A DNA stretch of 43,697 nt, taken from IMG/VR virus record IMGVR_UViG_3300012961_000002, positions 1 through 43,697 of that record. One strand, given 5' to 3'. This document shows, piece after piece, positions 16,538 through 24,005 of this stretch. Under the pieces are notes generated by a model that searched no databases, had not been told where the DNA came from, and saw nothing but the letters and a program-made list of their open reading frames with translations. The translations under genes and the position numbers were made by a program. Numbering within the stretch: the first letter of the stretch is position 1; each line of letters opens with the position of its first letter. This DNA comes from a virus.

Positions 16538-16791
16538 GCCGAAGCCTGCTTCTTGGCCTCATCGGCCTGGACCGCACGTGCAAGGTCATTCCACCGGAGG
16601 ATCAGGGTCCAGAGCGGAGTCTGTTCCTGGGCCGTATCGACCTTGAGCAGACTACCCAGCTCGGGGATCGTGCCCCGAACCTGGACCATGCTCGCGTCGT
16701 ACGAGCCGGACGGCTTGAGGCTGAAGGTCACGAACGGGCCCTGGGGCGTGTCCTGGATCTGGCCTTCAGTAGCGAACGGGTCACTCGCCAT
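16525..16791 (-). CDS. hypothetical protein (88 aa, zero-frame product)
   Basis: ATG 16791 follows GGAAGAGGAG. The ORF ends GCG GGA AAA GCG TAA. Confidence 0.6.
   Translation of the reverse strand: MASDPFATEGQIQDTPQGPFVTFSLKPSGSYDASMVQVRGTIPELGSLLKVDTAQEQTPLWTLILRWNDLARAVQADEAKKQASAGKA
16531..16537 (-). promoter_or_regulatory. -1 slippery heptamer G GGA AAA (X XXY YYZ register)
   Basis: Read directly from the minus strand. The register was checked against the zero-frame codons GGA AAA. Confidence 0.5.
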
Positions 16792-17044
16792 CGTGGTTCT
16801 CCTCTTCCGGTTCGAGGTTCTCAATCACCATCTTGTACTGCTCACCGGTCCCTGCCTGGACCAGTAAGAGCACGGACTTGGCCGTCGTGGGCGTGGCCAC
16901 ATCCGTGACCGTGAACACGTCCGTGTCGGCATCGCCGGTCACCAAGTTCAGGCCTGTGATGATGAGTCGCCCTGCTTCCTGGACCGGCGCCAGCGTCTCG
17001 TTGAACTGCCTCTCCAGATCTTCGTTCGAGATGAACTCAGACAT
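16781..17044 (-). CDS. hypothetical acidic protein (87 aa)
   Basis: ORF track entry. The ATG follows GGGAAGGAAGG. Confidence 0.6.
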   Translation of the reverse strand: MSEFISNEDLERQFNETLAPVQEAGRLIITGLNLVTGDADTDVFTVTDVATPTTAKSVLLLVQAGTGEQYKMVIENLEPEEENHDGE

Positions 17045-17561
17045 GGACCTTCCTTCCCTGGTTGATGTTGTTCATGCAGTCGGTCAGCGCTCGAACCGCG
17101 GCCTCGATCACGTCTCGGTCAACCGGTGCCGTGTTCCCGTACACGAACTCCGCGTAGATCAGCCTGGAATACACCGGCAGAACCCGAGCCAGATAGCGGC
17201 ACCCCTCGTCGAGATCGGGCAAGTTACCGGTGATCTTGGTCCGGCTATTGATCAGAGCCCCGGACTTGAGGAGGTATCGAACCTCGCCTACAGAGTATAG
17301 GCTGTTTCCGGTGGCGAATTCGAAGTCGGCCACCTCAGAGGCCACGAGAGCCCGAGCCTGATCAACGAGGTACTTTTTGCGCCGGTACTCGGGCATCGTG
17401 TCCAGGGCCGTGAACCGTTCATCGTCGAACAGCTTGAGCGCCAGATCTCGGGCAAGGTCATCGGCCTCTGCTACTGAGGGCCAGTCAGCATGTACCCGTT
17501 CCGCTGCTTCGCGGATCTCGGGGCCATACTTGGTGAACAACCGGACCTCCTCTGTCATCAT
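17037..17561 (-). CDS. hypothetical protein (174 aa)
   Basis: ATG 17561 overlaps the upstream stop as ATGA. Confidence 0.55.
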   Translation of the reverse strand: MMTEEVRLFTKYGPEIREAAERVHADWPSVAEADDLARDLALKLFDDERFTALDTMPEYRRKKYLVDQARALVASEVADFEFATGNSLYSVGEVRYLLKSGALINSRTKITGNLPDLDEGCRYLARVLPVYSRLIYAEFVYGNTAPVDRDVIEAAVRALTDCMNNINQGRKVHV

Positions 17562-17767
17562 TCTTCCAGCCGTTCCCACTCGGGGTAGCAGACCTCTACG
17601 TAGCCTCCGGGCCCCCGGGACCGCTTCGCGGCTCCCACCGTGGAGTACGGGCCCGCGTACCGGGTCTCCCAATGGAGCTTACCTTCTCGGTCCGTCCAAC
17701 GATACTCGGTTACGGCCCGGTACATCGGGTCATCGCCCTTAACATAGGCTCGGGTTGCGCTGCTCAT
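17558..17767 (-). CDS. hypothetical protein (69 aa)
   Basis: ORF track entry, translationally coupled to its neighbours. Confidence 0.55.
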   Translation of the reverse strand: MSSATRAYVKGDDPMYRAVTEYRWTDREGKLHWETRYAGPYSTVGAAKRSRGPGGYVEVCYPEWERLEE

Positions 17768-17961
17768 CCTTGCACCATCCGAGCCTTGCCAGTCGGGGAC
17801 ACGACCCGTACCATGTGCGGTTGGCTCTTCTTGATCGCCACCTTCATCGCTTCAGAGACCTTGCGCTTGAGCCGCTTTCGGTTGTTGTCGTTGGAACTGG
17901 ACTTCTGGCCCCATGTTTTGCCGATGGTGTACTTGTGCTTGATCCAGTGGACCGGTTCCAT
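17764..17961 (-). CDS. small basic protein (65 aa)
   Basis: ATG 17961 follows GGAGGA, with an ATGA overlap. Confidence 0.5.
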   Translation of the reverse strand: MEPVHWIKHKYTIGKTWGQKSSSNDNNRKRLKRKVSEAMKVAIKKSQPHMVRVVSPTGKARMVQG

Positions 17962-18164
17962 CACGATTCCTCCAAGTACCACGAGAATGCAAGCTCGGTT
18001 CCGTTGTCCAGGGTAGCGTTGTACTGGAGAATGTACTTCCCGGTTTCCGGCTCCTTGGTGACCACGAACCCCTCATAGGCAACCGGACCATCTCCGTCGT
18101 TGACATCGTTCGCGAACGCCTGCCCGATCTCGGAGATTCGTTCCAGTGCTTCCGGTTCCGTCAT
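17961..18164 (-). CDS. hypothetical acidic protein (67 aa)
   Basis: ATG 18164 follows AAGGGTGGA, with an ATGA overlap to the exonuclease stop. Confidence 0.55.
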   Translation of the reverse strand: MTEPEALERISEIGQAFANDVNDGDGPVAYEGFVVTKEPETGKYILQYNATLDNGTELAFSWYLEES

Positions 18165-18922
18165 CGGATGTCCACCCTTTCTTCTGCCTTTCCTACCGAA
18201 GACCAGGAACCGCAGTCCTGGCACTGGTACCGGGCGTACTTGGCCATCTTCGTGATCCGATACCCGCGACGCTGGATGTGCTCAGAACCGCACTTCGGAC
18301 ATCCGTCGTAGCCATCGAACAGGTTCCGGTTCGGAACCGTGTCGATCCACGGCAGAAGGTACTCGTACAGCTCGATCAGAAGATCTACGTCCTGCCGGTT
18401 GTACCGGCCCATCCGGGCCCAGGCCTTCGGGTCATCGGCCATGCACTTGATCCAGAGCGCGAATCCTTCGTGCTGGACCTTGCCCTTGCCAAGGAGGATC
18501 TGGGCAATGAATTCCAGCTTGTTGCTCGGGAAGCTGGCCACCTTCTTGACGGCGCGCATCAAGTCGATTTCCTTGGCCTCTGAGTACGGGGCCCGTCCCA
18601 GCTTGATGAACTCGGCGTTAGCTTTCCGGGTGTCGAAGTTCTTCCCGTTCCAGGAAACAAGACCGTCCGCTTCGTCGAGAAGCGAGTACAACTTATCGAG
18701 CATCAACACTCGGGACTGAGTAAGCTCAGTCTCTGAGGTCCCGGTTACGTGCTCGAACACCGTGGACGACTTGGGCTCATCCACCCAGCGTGCCGAGAAC
18801 GAGATCATGCCTCCGGGCTTGATGATCTGGGAAAGGCCGATGTTCTGGTTCCAGAGACCCCAGACGTACCCCGCGTGCGGACTTGTTTCGATATCCCACG
18901 CCAGAATTCGGGGAGCATTCAT
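18161..18922 (-). CDS. DEDD-type (RNase H-fold) 3'-5' exonuclease with C-terminal zinc ribbon
   Basis: Exo I motif ILAWDIETS and C-terminal CPKCGS...CQDCGS. ATG 18922 lies 8 nt after GGAAGG. Confidence 0.65.
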   Translation of the reverse strand: MNAPRILAWDIETSPHAGYVWGLWNQNIGLSQIIKPGGMISFSARWVDEPKSSTVFEHVTGTSETELTQSRVLMLDKLYSLLDEADGLVSWNGKNFDTRKANAEFIKLGRAPYSEAKEIDLMRAVKKVASFPSNKLEFIAQILLGKGKVQHEGFALWIKCMADDPKAWARMGRYNRQDVDLLIELYEYLLPWIDTVPNRNLFDGYDGCPKCGSEHIQRRGYRITKMAKYARYQCQDCGSWSSVGKAEERVDIR

Positions 18923-19089
18923 TCGAAGCGCCTTCCGTTGAGGTTGCAAAGCCGATCGGCAAGACCAGCGTGAGGACCGTCCACCCCCGATCGAAGCCGT
19001 TCAGCCGTGGTGCCGTCCCAATACGTATACGAGTCTCCGTACACCACGTCGTCCTCAATACGGGACTGACTCCACGATAGCCGGGCCAT
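18919..19089 (-). CDS. hypothetical protein (56 aa)
   Basis: Internal ATG 19089, with an ATGA overlap at the 3' end. Confidence 0.45.
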   Translation of the reverse strand: MARLSWSQSRIEDDVVYGDSYTYWDGTTAERLRSGVDGPHAGLADRLCNLNGRRFE

Positions 19090-19159
19090 GTCTTCGGCCT
19101 CTGAAATTGAGACATTCACTCGCGGTGCCCTTCCTGGGTTCGAGTGTACATGTAGGTAC

Positions 19160-19339
19160 TCACTCCACGTAGTAGACCCCGGTAACGTACCCCACGCAAC
19201 CGGCCATCTGACAGGCCAGGAGAGAGGCATCCAAGTACCCCTCTCCCAGCACCGTGACCCGGACCCAGATCGCGCAGTTCTCGCCCAGCTTCAGAAGCTC
19301 ATGGGTAGTCACCGCAACATCGAAGGTCCAGGGTTCCAT
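19160..19339 (-). CDS. hypothetical protein (59 aa)
   Basis: ATG 19339 overlaps the upstream stop. Confidence 0.45.
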   Translation of the reverse strand: MEPWTFDVAVTTHELLKLGENCAIWVRVTVLGEGYLDASLLACQMAGCVGYVTGVYYVE

Positions 19340-19587
19340 CACAGGTTCCGGAGTCGCTTCGCTCGGGCCTCCTTGATCCGGGCTTCCTGCCGTGCCTCCT
19401 TGACTCCGGCGACGATGCCCGCCACCAAGACGATCACGAAGACCAGAGCCGCCGGAATCCAGAGCGGGGACGTGATCCACCACCAGGACCAATCGATGTT
19501 GTGGGTCAACTTGAGGATCAAGAACACGATGAACGTGGATCCGGCCAGACCGATGCCGTTGTTGTTGTTCGAGCCGCTGTCACTCAT
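19339..19587 (-). CDS. membrane protein (2 predicted TM helices)
   Basis: Hydrophobic segments STFIVFLILKL and WIPAALVFVIVLVAGIVAG, followed by a basic C-terminal tail. Confidence 0.6.
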   Translation of the reverse strand: MSDSGSNNNNGIGLAGSTFIVFLILKLTHNIDWSWWWITSPLWIPAALVFVIVLVAGIVAGVKEARQEARIKEARAKRLRNL

Positions 19588-19598
19588 CTGAGTACCTT

Positions 19599-20006
19599 TC
19601 AGTTGCTCGTGCTGAGTTCGAAGTTCGGGATGATCGTCTCCGGGCGGAAGATGATCCGGGGCCGGAACATGTCGACCTTGACGCCGTTGAGCTGGGTCGA
19701 AACGTACGTGACGTTGTCGCTCAGGCCCAGGGTCGTGCGCTCAATGGTCCCGGCCTTGTCCACCTTGCAGATCACGTCCAGCTTTCGGCCATCGTTCTCG
19801 ATCGAGCAGAACCCCTCGACGCTGAACAGAACCTTGTCCGTGATCCCGTTGATGCCGACGATCCGGCGCGGGACCTCGAAGTTCTCGGCCGCCTTCGACA
19901 GGTTCTCGTTGGCCTGGTCCGCCGCCGAGGTACACGCGCTGACCGTGGTACCGACGAACAGAGCAGCCCCGATCAGAGCCACCAGGTGTGCGGGTTTGAA
20001 ACTCAT
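19599..20006 (-). CDS. lipoprotein (signal peptide with lipobox)
   Basis: N-terminus MSFKPAHLVALIGAALFVGTTVSAC carries a lipobox-like VSA-C. Confidence 0.6.
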   Translation of the reverse strand: MSFKPAHLVALIGAALFVGTTVSACTSAADQANENLSKAAENFEVPRRIVGINGITDKVLFSVEGFCSIENDGRKLDVICKVDKAGTIERTTLGLSDNVTYVSTQLNGVKVDMFRPRIIFRPETIIPNFELSTSN

Positions 20007-20242
20007 GCCGGGATCTCCGTTTCCTGGACTTCGGTGATGACACAGCCGTCATGGCTGTAACACTTGATGAGATCTTGCTCATCCTTGTACTGGGTGATCG
20101 GGTGCGGCCCGGTCATGTTCAGCCACTGGCCATCGTGGGTCCGACCGAAGATCTGCCCTTCCGAATCAACCTTGAAGTAGATCGGACGACCTCCGAAAAG
20201 GTCCGTGAATTCGTCGGTTGACTTGTAGAATTTGTCACTCAC
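20003..20242 (-). CDS. hypothetical protein (79 aa)
   Basis: ORF track entry, coupled to its neighbours. Confidence 0.55.
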   Translation of the reverse strand: MSDKFYKSTDEFTDLFGGRPIYFKVDSEGQIFGRTHDGQWLNMTGPHPITQYKDEQDLIKCYSHDGCVITEVQETEIPA

Positions 20243-20898
20243 TTCGACTTTCCCATCCTTTCCAGGATTTTATCTACGCCGTACTGATGTACGGTCGAGT
20301 TCACATCTTCGCCACGGTCCATCGGGATGATCCTCGTGTTCGGAATCTTACCGGCCAGAAACTCGCCGAACTCCGTGCCCGCGGTGTCGCCATCGCAGAG
20401 CGCGTACACGGTCTCGTACCCCATGAAAATCTCCGTGAAGTGATCTTTCCACGAGGTCACTCCGGGGGCACCTACGCACGGGATCCCGTACACGCTCGCG
20501 GTCAGGGCATCGATCTCGCCTTCGGCAATCGAGATCTCGTCATCGTTCTTGATCGCGTCCAGCGTGTTGTAGAGCCGATGCTTGGTGCCTGCTGCGTTCA
20601 GGTACTTCTCGTCGTCCCTGAAGCACTGGACCCCGGGGATGACCCGGTACTTGATCCCGATCACGGACCAGTTTCCCTCTACCGACTTCCGGATGTACGG
20701 GATCGCGAGTCGGCCCCGGAACATCTCATGCCCGACCTGGGGCTCACTCACGAAGCCAAGGCGGAAGTTCTCGATCAGGTCCAGGGGCAGTCCCCGATCC
20801 TCCTCCAAATACCGGGCGGCTACGCTTCCGGGGAGCGCGGCGTGGTACTTGGTCACCGCTTGCTGAAGCGAGGTCTTCAGCGTAGCGGACAGCTTCAC
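20239..20898 (-). CDS. DNA primase, catalytic/TOPRIM part
   Basis: TOPRIM motifs IAEGEIDALT and LCDGDTAG. The N-terminal segment YLEEDRGLPLDLIENFRLGF is typical of DnaG. GTG 20898 lies 4 nt after AAGGTGGGG. Confidence 0.75.
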   Translation of the reverse strand: MKLSATLKTSLQQAVTKYHAALPGSVAARYLEEDRGLPLDLIENFRLGFVSEPQVGHEMFRGRLAIPYIRKSVEGNWSVIGIKYRVIPGVQCFRDDEKYLNAAGTKHRLYNTLDAIKNDDEISIAEGEIDALTASVYGIPCVGAPGVTSWKDHFTEIFMGYETVYALCDGDTAGTEFGEFLAGKIPNTRIIPMDRGEDVNSTVHQYGVDKILERMGKSK

Positions 20899-21139
20899 GG
20901 TACCCCACCTTTCTTTCTCGCATCACGATCTTGATTGCGTCGCCCTTGAAGTCGCACGCTTGGCACTTGACCGAGTCCAGCTCCAAGGAGATCGCGGCGG
21001 ACGGCCGCGCCTCCGGGTGGTTCGGGTTCGGGCAGAGGCACCTAGTCCAGCCGGTCTCCTGGATCCTCGGAGGTGGATCCCAGCCGGGGAAAAAGTGGCA
21101 GAGTACCGCTACGATCACCGGCCTTGCTCCTCTCGACAT
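20744..21139 (-). CDS. DNA primase, zinc-finger part (start ATG 21139 or GTG 21118)
   Basis: CHC2-type zinc finger CPNPNHPE...CQACDFKGD. The last ~50 codons overlap the catalytic ORF in another frame and are Arg/Pro-rich. Confidence 0.6.
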   Translation of the reverse strand: MSRGARPVIVAVLCHFFPGWDPPPRIQETGWTRCLCPNPNHPEARPSAAISLELDSVKCQACDFKGDAIKIVMRERKVGYREAVRYAEDLASASGDQVPRRAPRKRSRPVFGGGSGTAPGPDRELPPWLRE

Positions 21140-21296
21140 GGTACCCGAACGACTGGTAGTTGAGTACCTGCCGCAACGACAGTGTAGCATACCTGACGAA
21201 CAGCCATCCAAGCTCGGGGTGCCACGACCACATTTCGTACACCAGGGTGGGAGCCCCCTCCACGTTGCCCGAGGGCTCCCGTACCGGATCGGTCAT
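21042..21296 (-). CDS. hypothetical protein (84 aa; 3' end overlaps the primase zinc-finger ORF)
   Basis: ATG 21296 overlaps the upstream stop as ATGA. The tail has low GC3 and may not all be translated as drawn. Confidence 0.4.
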   Translation of the reverse strand: MTDPVREPSGNVEGAPTLVYEMWSWHPELGWLFVRYATLSLRQVLNYQSFGYHVERSKAGDRSGTLPLFPRLGSTSEDPGDRLD

Positions 21297-21736
21297 TCGA
21301 ACCGATATCCCTTGATGTTCTTCTCCAAGATAACGGCCGCCGTTTTCGCGTTGATCATGGAGTACTCGGGGTTGTCCCACAAACCCTGCCTGGTGGCCAG
21401 GCTGCCGGTGGCAAGATGCCAGGATGTCTGGCTCCGGCTGTTGATCCGTTCCGTAGCTTCCACACGAGAGCCAATCGCGTGCGGGCTCCGGTACAGGACA
21501 TCGAAACCAAGAAGTCGGAAGTAGACGTAGCCATCATTGGCAGTCGGAAGTTTGAATACGGGGCGCGTGTCCCGTGTCTCGAAAGGCTCAGGCTTGGTGC
21601 CTTCACCCGAGAGGAAGACCCGGAACAGTTCGGCGGTCTCAATCAGGGTGTCACGGTGCACACGCTGATCCTTGTAGAATTCCATCGCCTTGTCCAGGGC
21701 CACGGACCGGTTGAACTTATCGCTGGTGTCGTTCAT
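21293..21736 (-). CDS. hypothetical protein (147 aa)
   Basis: ORF track entry. ATG is confirmed at 21734-21736. Confidence 0.6.
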   Translation of the reverse strand: MNDTSDKFNRSVALDKAMEFYKDQRVHRDTLIETAELFRVFLSGEGTKPEPFETRDTRPVFKLPTANDGYVYFRLLGFDVLYRSPHAIGSRVEATERINSRSQTSWHLATGSLATRQGLWDNPEYSMINAKTAAVILEKNIKGYRFE

Positions 21737-21903
21737 TTCTTTCCTTCCATCGTTCGGATCAATTCCAGGTTCTCTGCCTGGTAGCCGTGAACTTCACGCT
21801 GAGCTGACACCAGGCGACGCCGTAGCGCGTCACAGTCACACGCGCCCCAGGTGCGCCGGTACACGATCAGCGCACCCAGGACCAACCACGGGGCCAATCT
21901 CAC
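21733..21903 (-). CDS. small membrane-anchored protein (56 aa; below the ORF-track cutoff)
   Basis: Hand translation (GTG) RLAPWLVLGALIVYRRTWGACDCDALRRRLVSAQREVHGYQAENLELIRTMEGKK. GTGA and ATGA overlaps occur at the two ends. Confidence 0.4.
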   Translation of the reverse strand: MRLAPWLVLGALIVYRRTWGACDCDALRRRLVSAQREVHGYQAENLELIRTMEGKK

Positions 21904-22382
21904 CGGTTCGCCTTGCGGCTAGCCTTCTGGCGGGCGTTGAGACCGCGACGCTTGGCCTTGACGTTCTTGCGCACGGTGCCCGCGTAAACGTGCTTCCCGA
22001 GCTTGTTCAGGGCGAAGAGCACGGCCTTGGCGTAGGCCGAGGTCTCCACGACCGGCTCCAGTTCCGCGTCCTCCATGGCCTTGTCCACGTCGCGCATGAT
22101 CTTGGCCTGCTCCTCTTCCGAGAACAGCGGCTCCCGACCCGCGAGGTAACTGGCCAAGCCCGCGGACTCGGGCTGAAGTTCGATCACTTCGGCGATCTCC
22201 GGGTGAGCTTCCACCAGGACCAGGCGGGACTCCGCGACCCGGGACAGGTTGCCCGTGTTGTGCGACTGGACCTCCACGTCCGCCATGTCAGCCGTGTAGC
22301 CCACGGACTGCGGGGTCCAGGTCACCGTGTACAGAACCTTGCCTTTGCCGACCCGGACCACGTCGCCGATGTTGAAAGTCAT
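21900..22382 (-). CDS. hypothetical protein with basic C-terminal tail (160 aa)
   Basis: ATG 22382 follows AGGGAG. Confidence 0.55.
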   Translation of the reverse strand: MTFNIGDVVRVGKGKVLYTVTWTPQSVGYTADMADVEVQSHNTGNLSRVAESRLVLVEAHPEIAEVIELQPESAGLASYLAGREPLFSEEEQAKIMRDVDKAMEDAELEPVVETSAYAKAVLFALNKLGKHVYAGTVRKNVKAKRRGLNARQKASRKANR

Positions 22383-22428
22383 TGTCTTGCTCCCTGTGTC
22401 TTGGGGTTCGTCTTCGCTTGTGAGGACT

Positions 22429-22457
22429 ACACTACGGGTGACCCGGTCCCTTGTCAA
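22429..22457 (-). promoter_or_regulatory. sigma-70-like promoter candidate TTGACA-N17-TAGTGT
   Basis: The -35 element at 22452-22457 lies in the loop of the inverted repeat 22436-22469. The -10 is at 22429-22434 (minus strand). Confidence 0.5.
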
Positions 22458-22469
22458 TCCGGGTCACCC
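22436..22469 (-). terminator. 11-bp perfect inverted repeat (terminator/operator candidate)
   Basis: gggtgacccgg (22436-22446) pairs with ccgggtcaccc (22459-22469). Confidence 0.45.
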
Positions 22470-22476
22470 GATTGGC

Positions 22477-22671
22477 TCATCGCCGGGGGAGACCGACCTT
22501 GGTCATGTGCGAAACCCAGGCGTCGTACTTACGGGCGTACTCCGGGTCGATCGGCCAGGTCGGCGGGTGCATCACCGTGACACTCGGAGTGGATTCCTGG
22601 ATCTCGACCCATTCCACGGTCTTAACCTTCTCGCCCTGAGCGTTGTACAGGTCTTCGGTGAACTTCGCCAT
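22477..22671 (-). CDS. hypothetical protein (64 aa)
   Basis: ATG 22671 follows AAGGGAG. Confidence 0.55.
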   Translation of the reverse strand: MAKFTEDLYNAQGEKVKTVEWVEIQESTPSVTVMHPPTWPIDPEYARKYDAWVSHMTKVGLPRR

Positions 22672-22700
22672 GTCCGCTCCCTTGTCCGTGCTGATGTGGG

Positions 22701-23123
22701 CTACATTACACGAACCTGGATCGGTGTCAACACCTGATCCGCCGGTGGATGTTTCAGGTAGGTAACGGCCCGTTCCAGGGCCGCGACCGAGTCCCGAAGA
22801 TGCCCAAGCACGTCCCGGTTGCACGGGTTGCACAACAGGCCCCGGACTCGACCTGTCTTGTGGTCGTGGTCCACGGACAGGCGACGCCGCTTGCCGGTGG
22901 CACGCTGGCAGATGAAACACTTGCCACCTTGGTACCGGAACAGCGACCAGTACTGCTCGGCCGTGATCCCGTACGTCTTCAATATCCATTCGCCGTGCTT
23001 CTTGTCGGCCAGGGCTCGCTTACGTTCCCGTTGATGGGTCGCGCACCGTGGTCCCGGCCTCGTGGTCGGGCGCCGGGACCCGGGCGGGCAATCGATGCAC
23101 CCGCCCAGGACTCGGGCTGTCAC
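22701..23123 (-). CDS. recombination endonuclease VII
   Basis: Signature LSVDHDHKTGRVRGLLCNPCN, with an N-terminal Cys cluster. Confidence 0.8.
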   Translation of the reverse strand: MTARVLGGCIDCPPGSRRPTTRPGPRCATHQRERKRALADKKHGEWILKTYGITAEQYWSLFRYQGGKCFICQRATGKRRRLSVDHDHKTGRVRGLLCNPCNRDVLGHLRDSVAALERAVTYLKHPPADQVLTPIQVRVM

Positions 23124-23350
23124 TTCTTACGCTCGGTCAGTCGGCCGTCCACGTACTCGAATTCCCGGAGGTCGGTACGTCCTTCCCAAGCCAAGGTTCG
23201 AATGCCGTACAGAGCGAGCCAGTATCCGTTCGGATACCCCAGCTTCTCCTGAGTTCGGCACCAGTTCTCAAGTTCGTACTTACGAACGAAGGCTCCGATC
23301 GGCTCACCGGTGATCGCGGATGTGGCCAGGTACACATATTCGCCGCTCAT
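23120..23350 (-). CDS. hypothetical protein (76 aa)
   Basis: ORF track entry, coupled to its neighbours. Confidence 0.55.
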   Translation of the reverse strand: MSGEYVYLATSAITGEPIGAFVRKYELENWCRTQEKLGYPNGYWLALYGIRTLAWEGRTDLREFEYVDGRLTERKK

Positions 23351-23580
23351 TCGACGTCCTCCCAGACAAGCGCCGACTTCTGGATCTTGAACTCGGGGAT
23401 CGGTTCCAGCGCCTCGCCCCGAAGGTCACGGTACTCGTTCCGCCGCGCGTGAAGCCCCTGCTCCAGCCTCAGGGCATCCCGGGCACCCTTGCGCGTGTTG
23501 AACAACTTGGTCACGTTGTTCCAACCTCCGTACCGTTTATCGGTGCCCTCTTCGGTCACGCGGTACACTTCATCTTTCAT
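23347..23580 (-). CDS. hypothetical protein (77 aa)
   Basis: ORF track entry, coupled to its neighbours. Confidence 0.55.
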   Translation of the reverse strand: MKDEVYRVTEEGTDKRYGGWNNVTKLFNTRKGARDALRLEQGLHARRNEYRDLRGEALEPIPEFKIQKSALVWEDVE

Positions 23581-24005
23581 CAGTCCTCTTCCCCGGGCCG
23601 AACCACGATCAGTTCGAACCCTGTTCCGTAGTAGCCATTGCCGTCCGAACCCTGGAACTCGGCAACGTTGATCTTCTCCGCGTCCGCGAACACGAAGATC
23701 CGGTACACACCTTCGCCACGCTCATCGTCGTCGGTGTCCGGGCTGGAATAGATCTCGGCTCGGGTGATGATGTTGTCCACGGTCGCAACGTGGGCCAGGG
23801 GATAGCACCCCGCAGAGCAAGCGCACCCGCCGTCGTTCCCGGCCAGGTAAAGCTTGGTGCCATCGTCCAGCACAAGGAGCCCCTCGGGAACCGAGTAGCC
23901 CATCCGAGGATATTCGCCACCCTTCTCCGCGTGGACGATCTTCCTGCCTTCGAAGACCTTGGACAGATCCTCATCGCTGCTGTTGTGGTCGTAATCCCTG
24001 CTCAT
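23580..24005 (-). CDS. hypothetical acidic protein (141 aa)
   Basis: ORF track entry. The start overlaps the helicase stop. Confidence 0.6.
   Translation of the reverse strand: MSRDYDHNSSDEDLSKVFEGRKIVHAEKGGEYPRMGYSVPEGLLVLDDGTKLYLAGNDGGCACSAGCYPLAHVATVDNIITRAEIYSSPDTDDDERGEGVYRIFVFADAEKINVAEFQGSDGNGYYGTGFELIVVRPGEED

Noticed and set aside
15944-16867. Long antisense ORFs opposite well-supported genes (for example 15944..16867 +, 1053..1748 -, 13929..14747 +, 20218..20934 +, 21690..22580 +, 40185..41348 -, 4866..5651 -, 33072..33506 -).
   Set aside because: Their products are Arg/Pro/Gly-rich, they have no SD, and they lie opposite genes with clear motifs. This is the typical high-GC open-frame artefact.
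20860-20900. A programmed +1 frameshift fusing the two primase ORFs.
   Set aside because: I found no slippery or shifty-stop motif, and the catalytic ORF has its own strong SD plus GTG. It is kept as a low-priority alternative in the findings.
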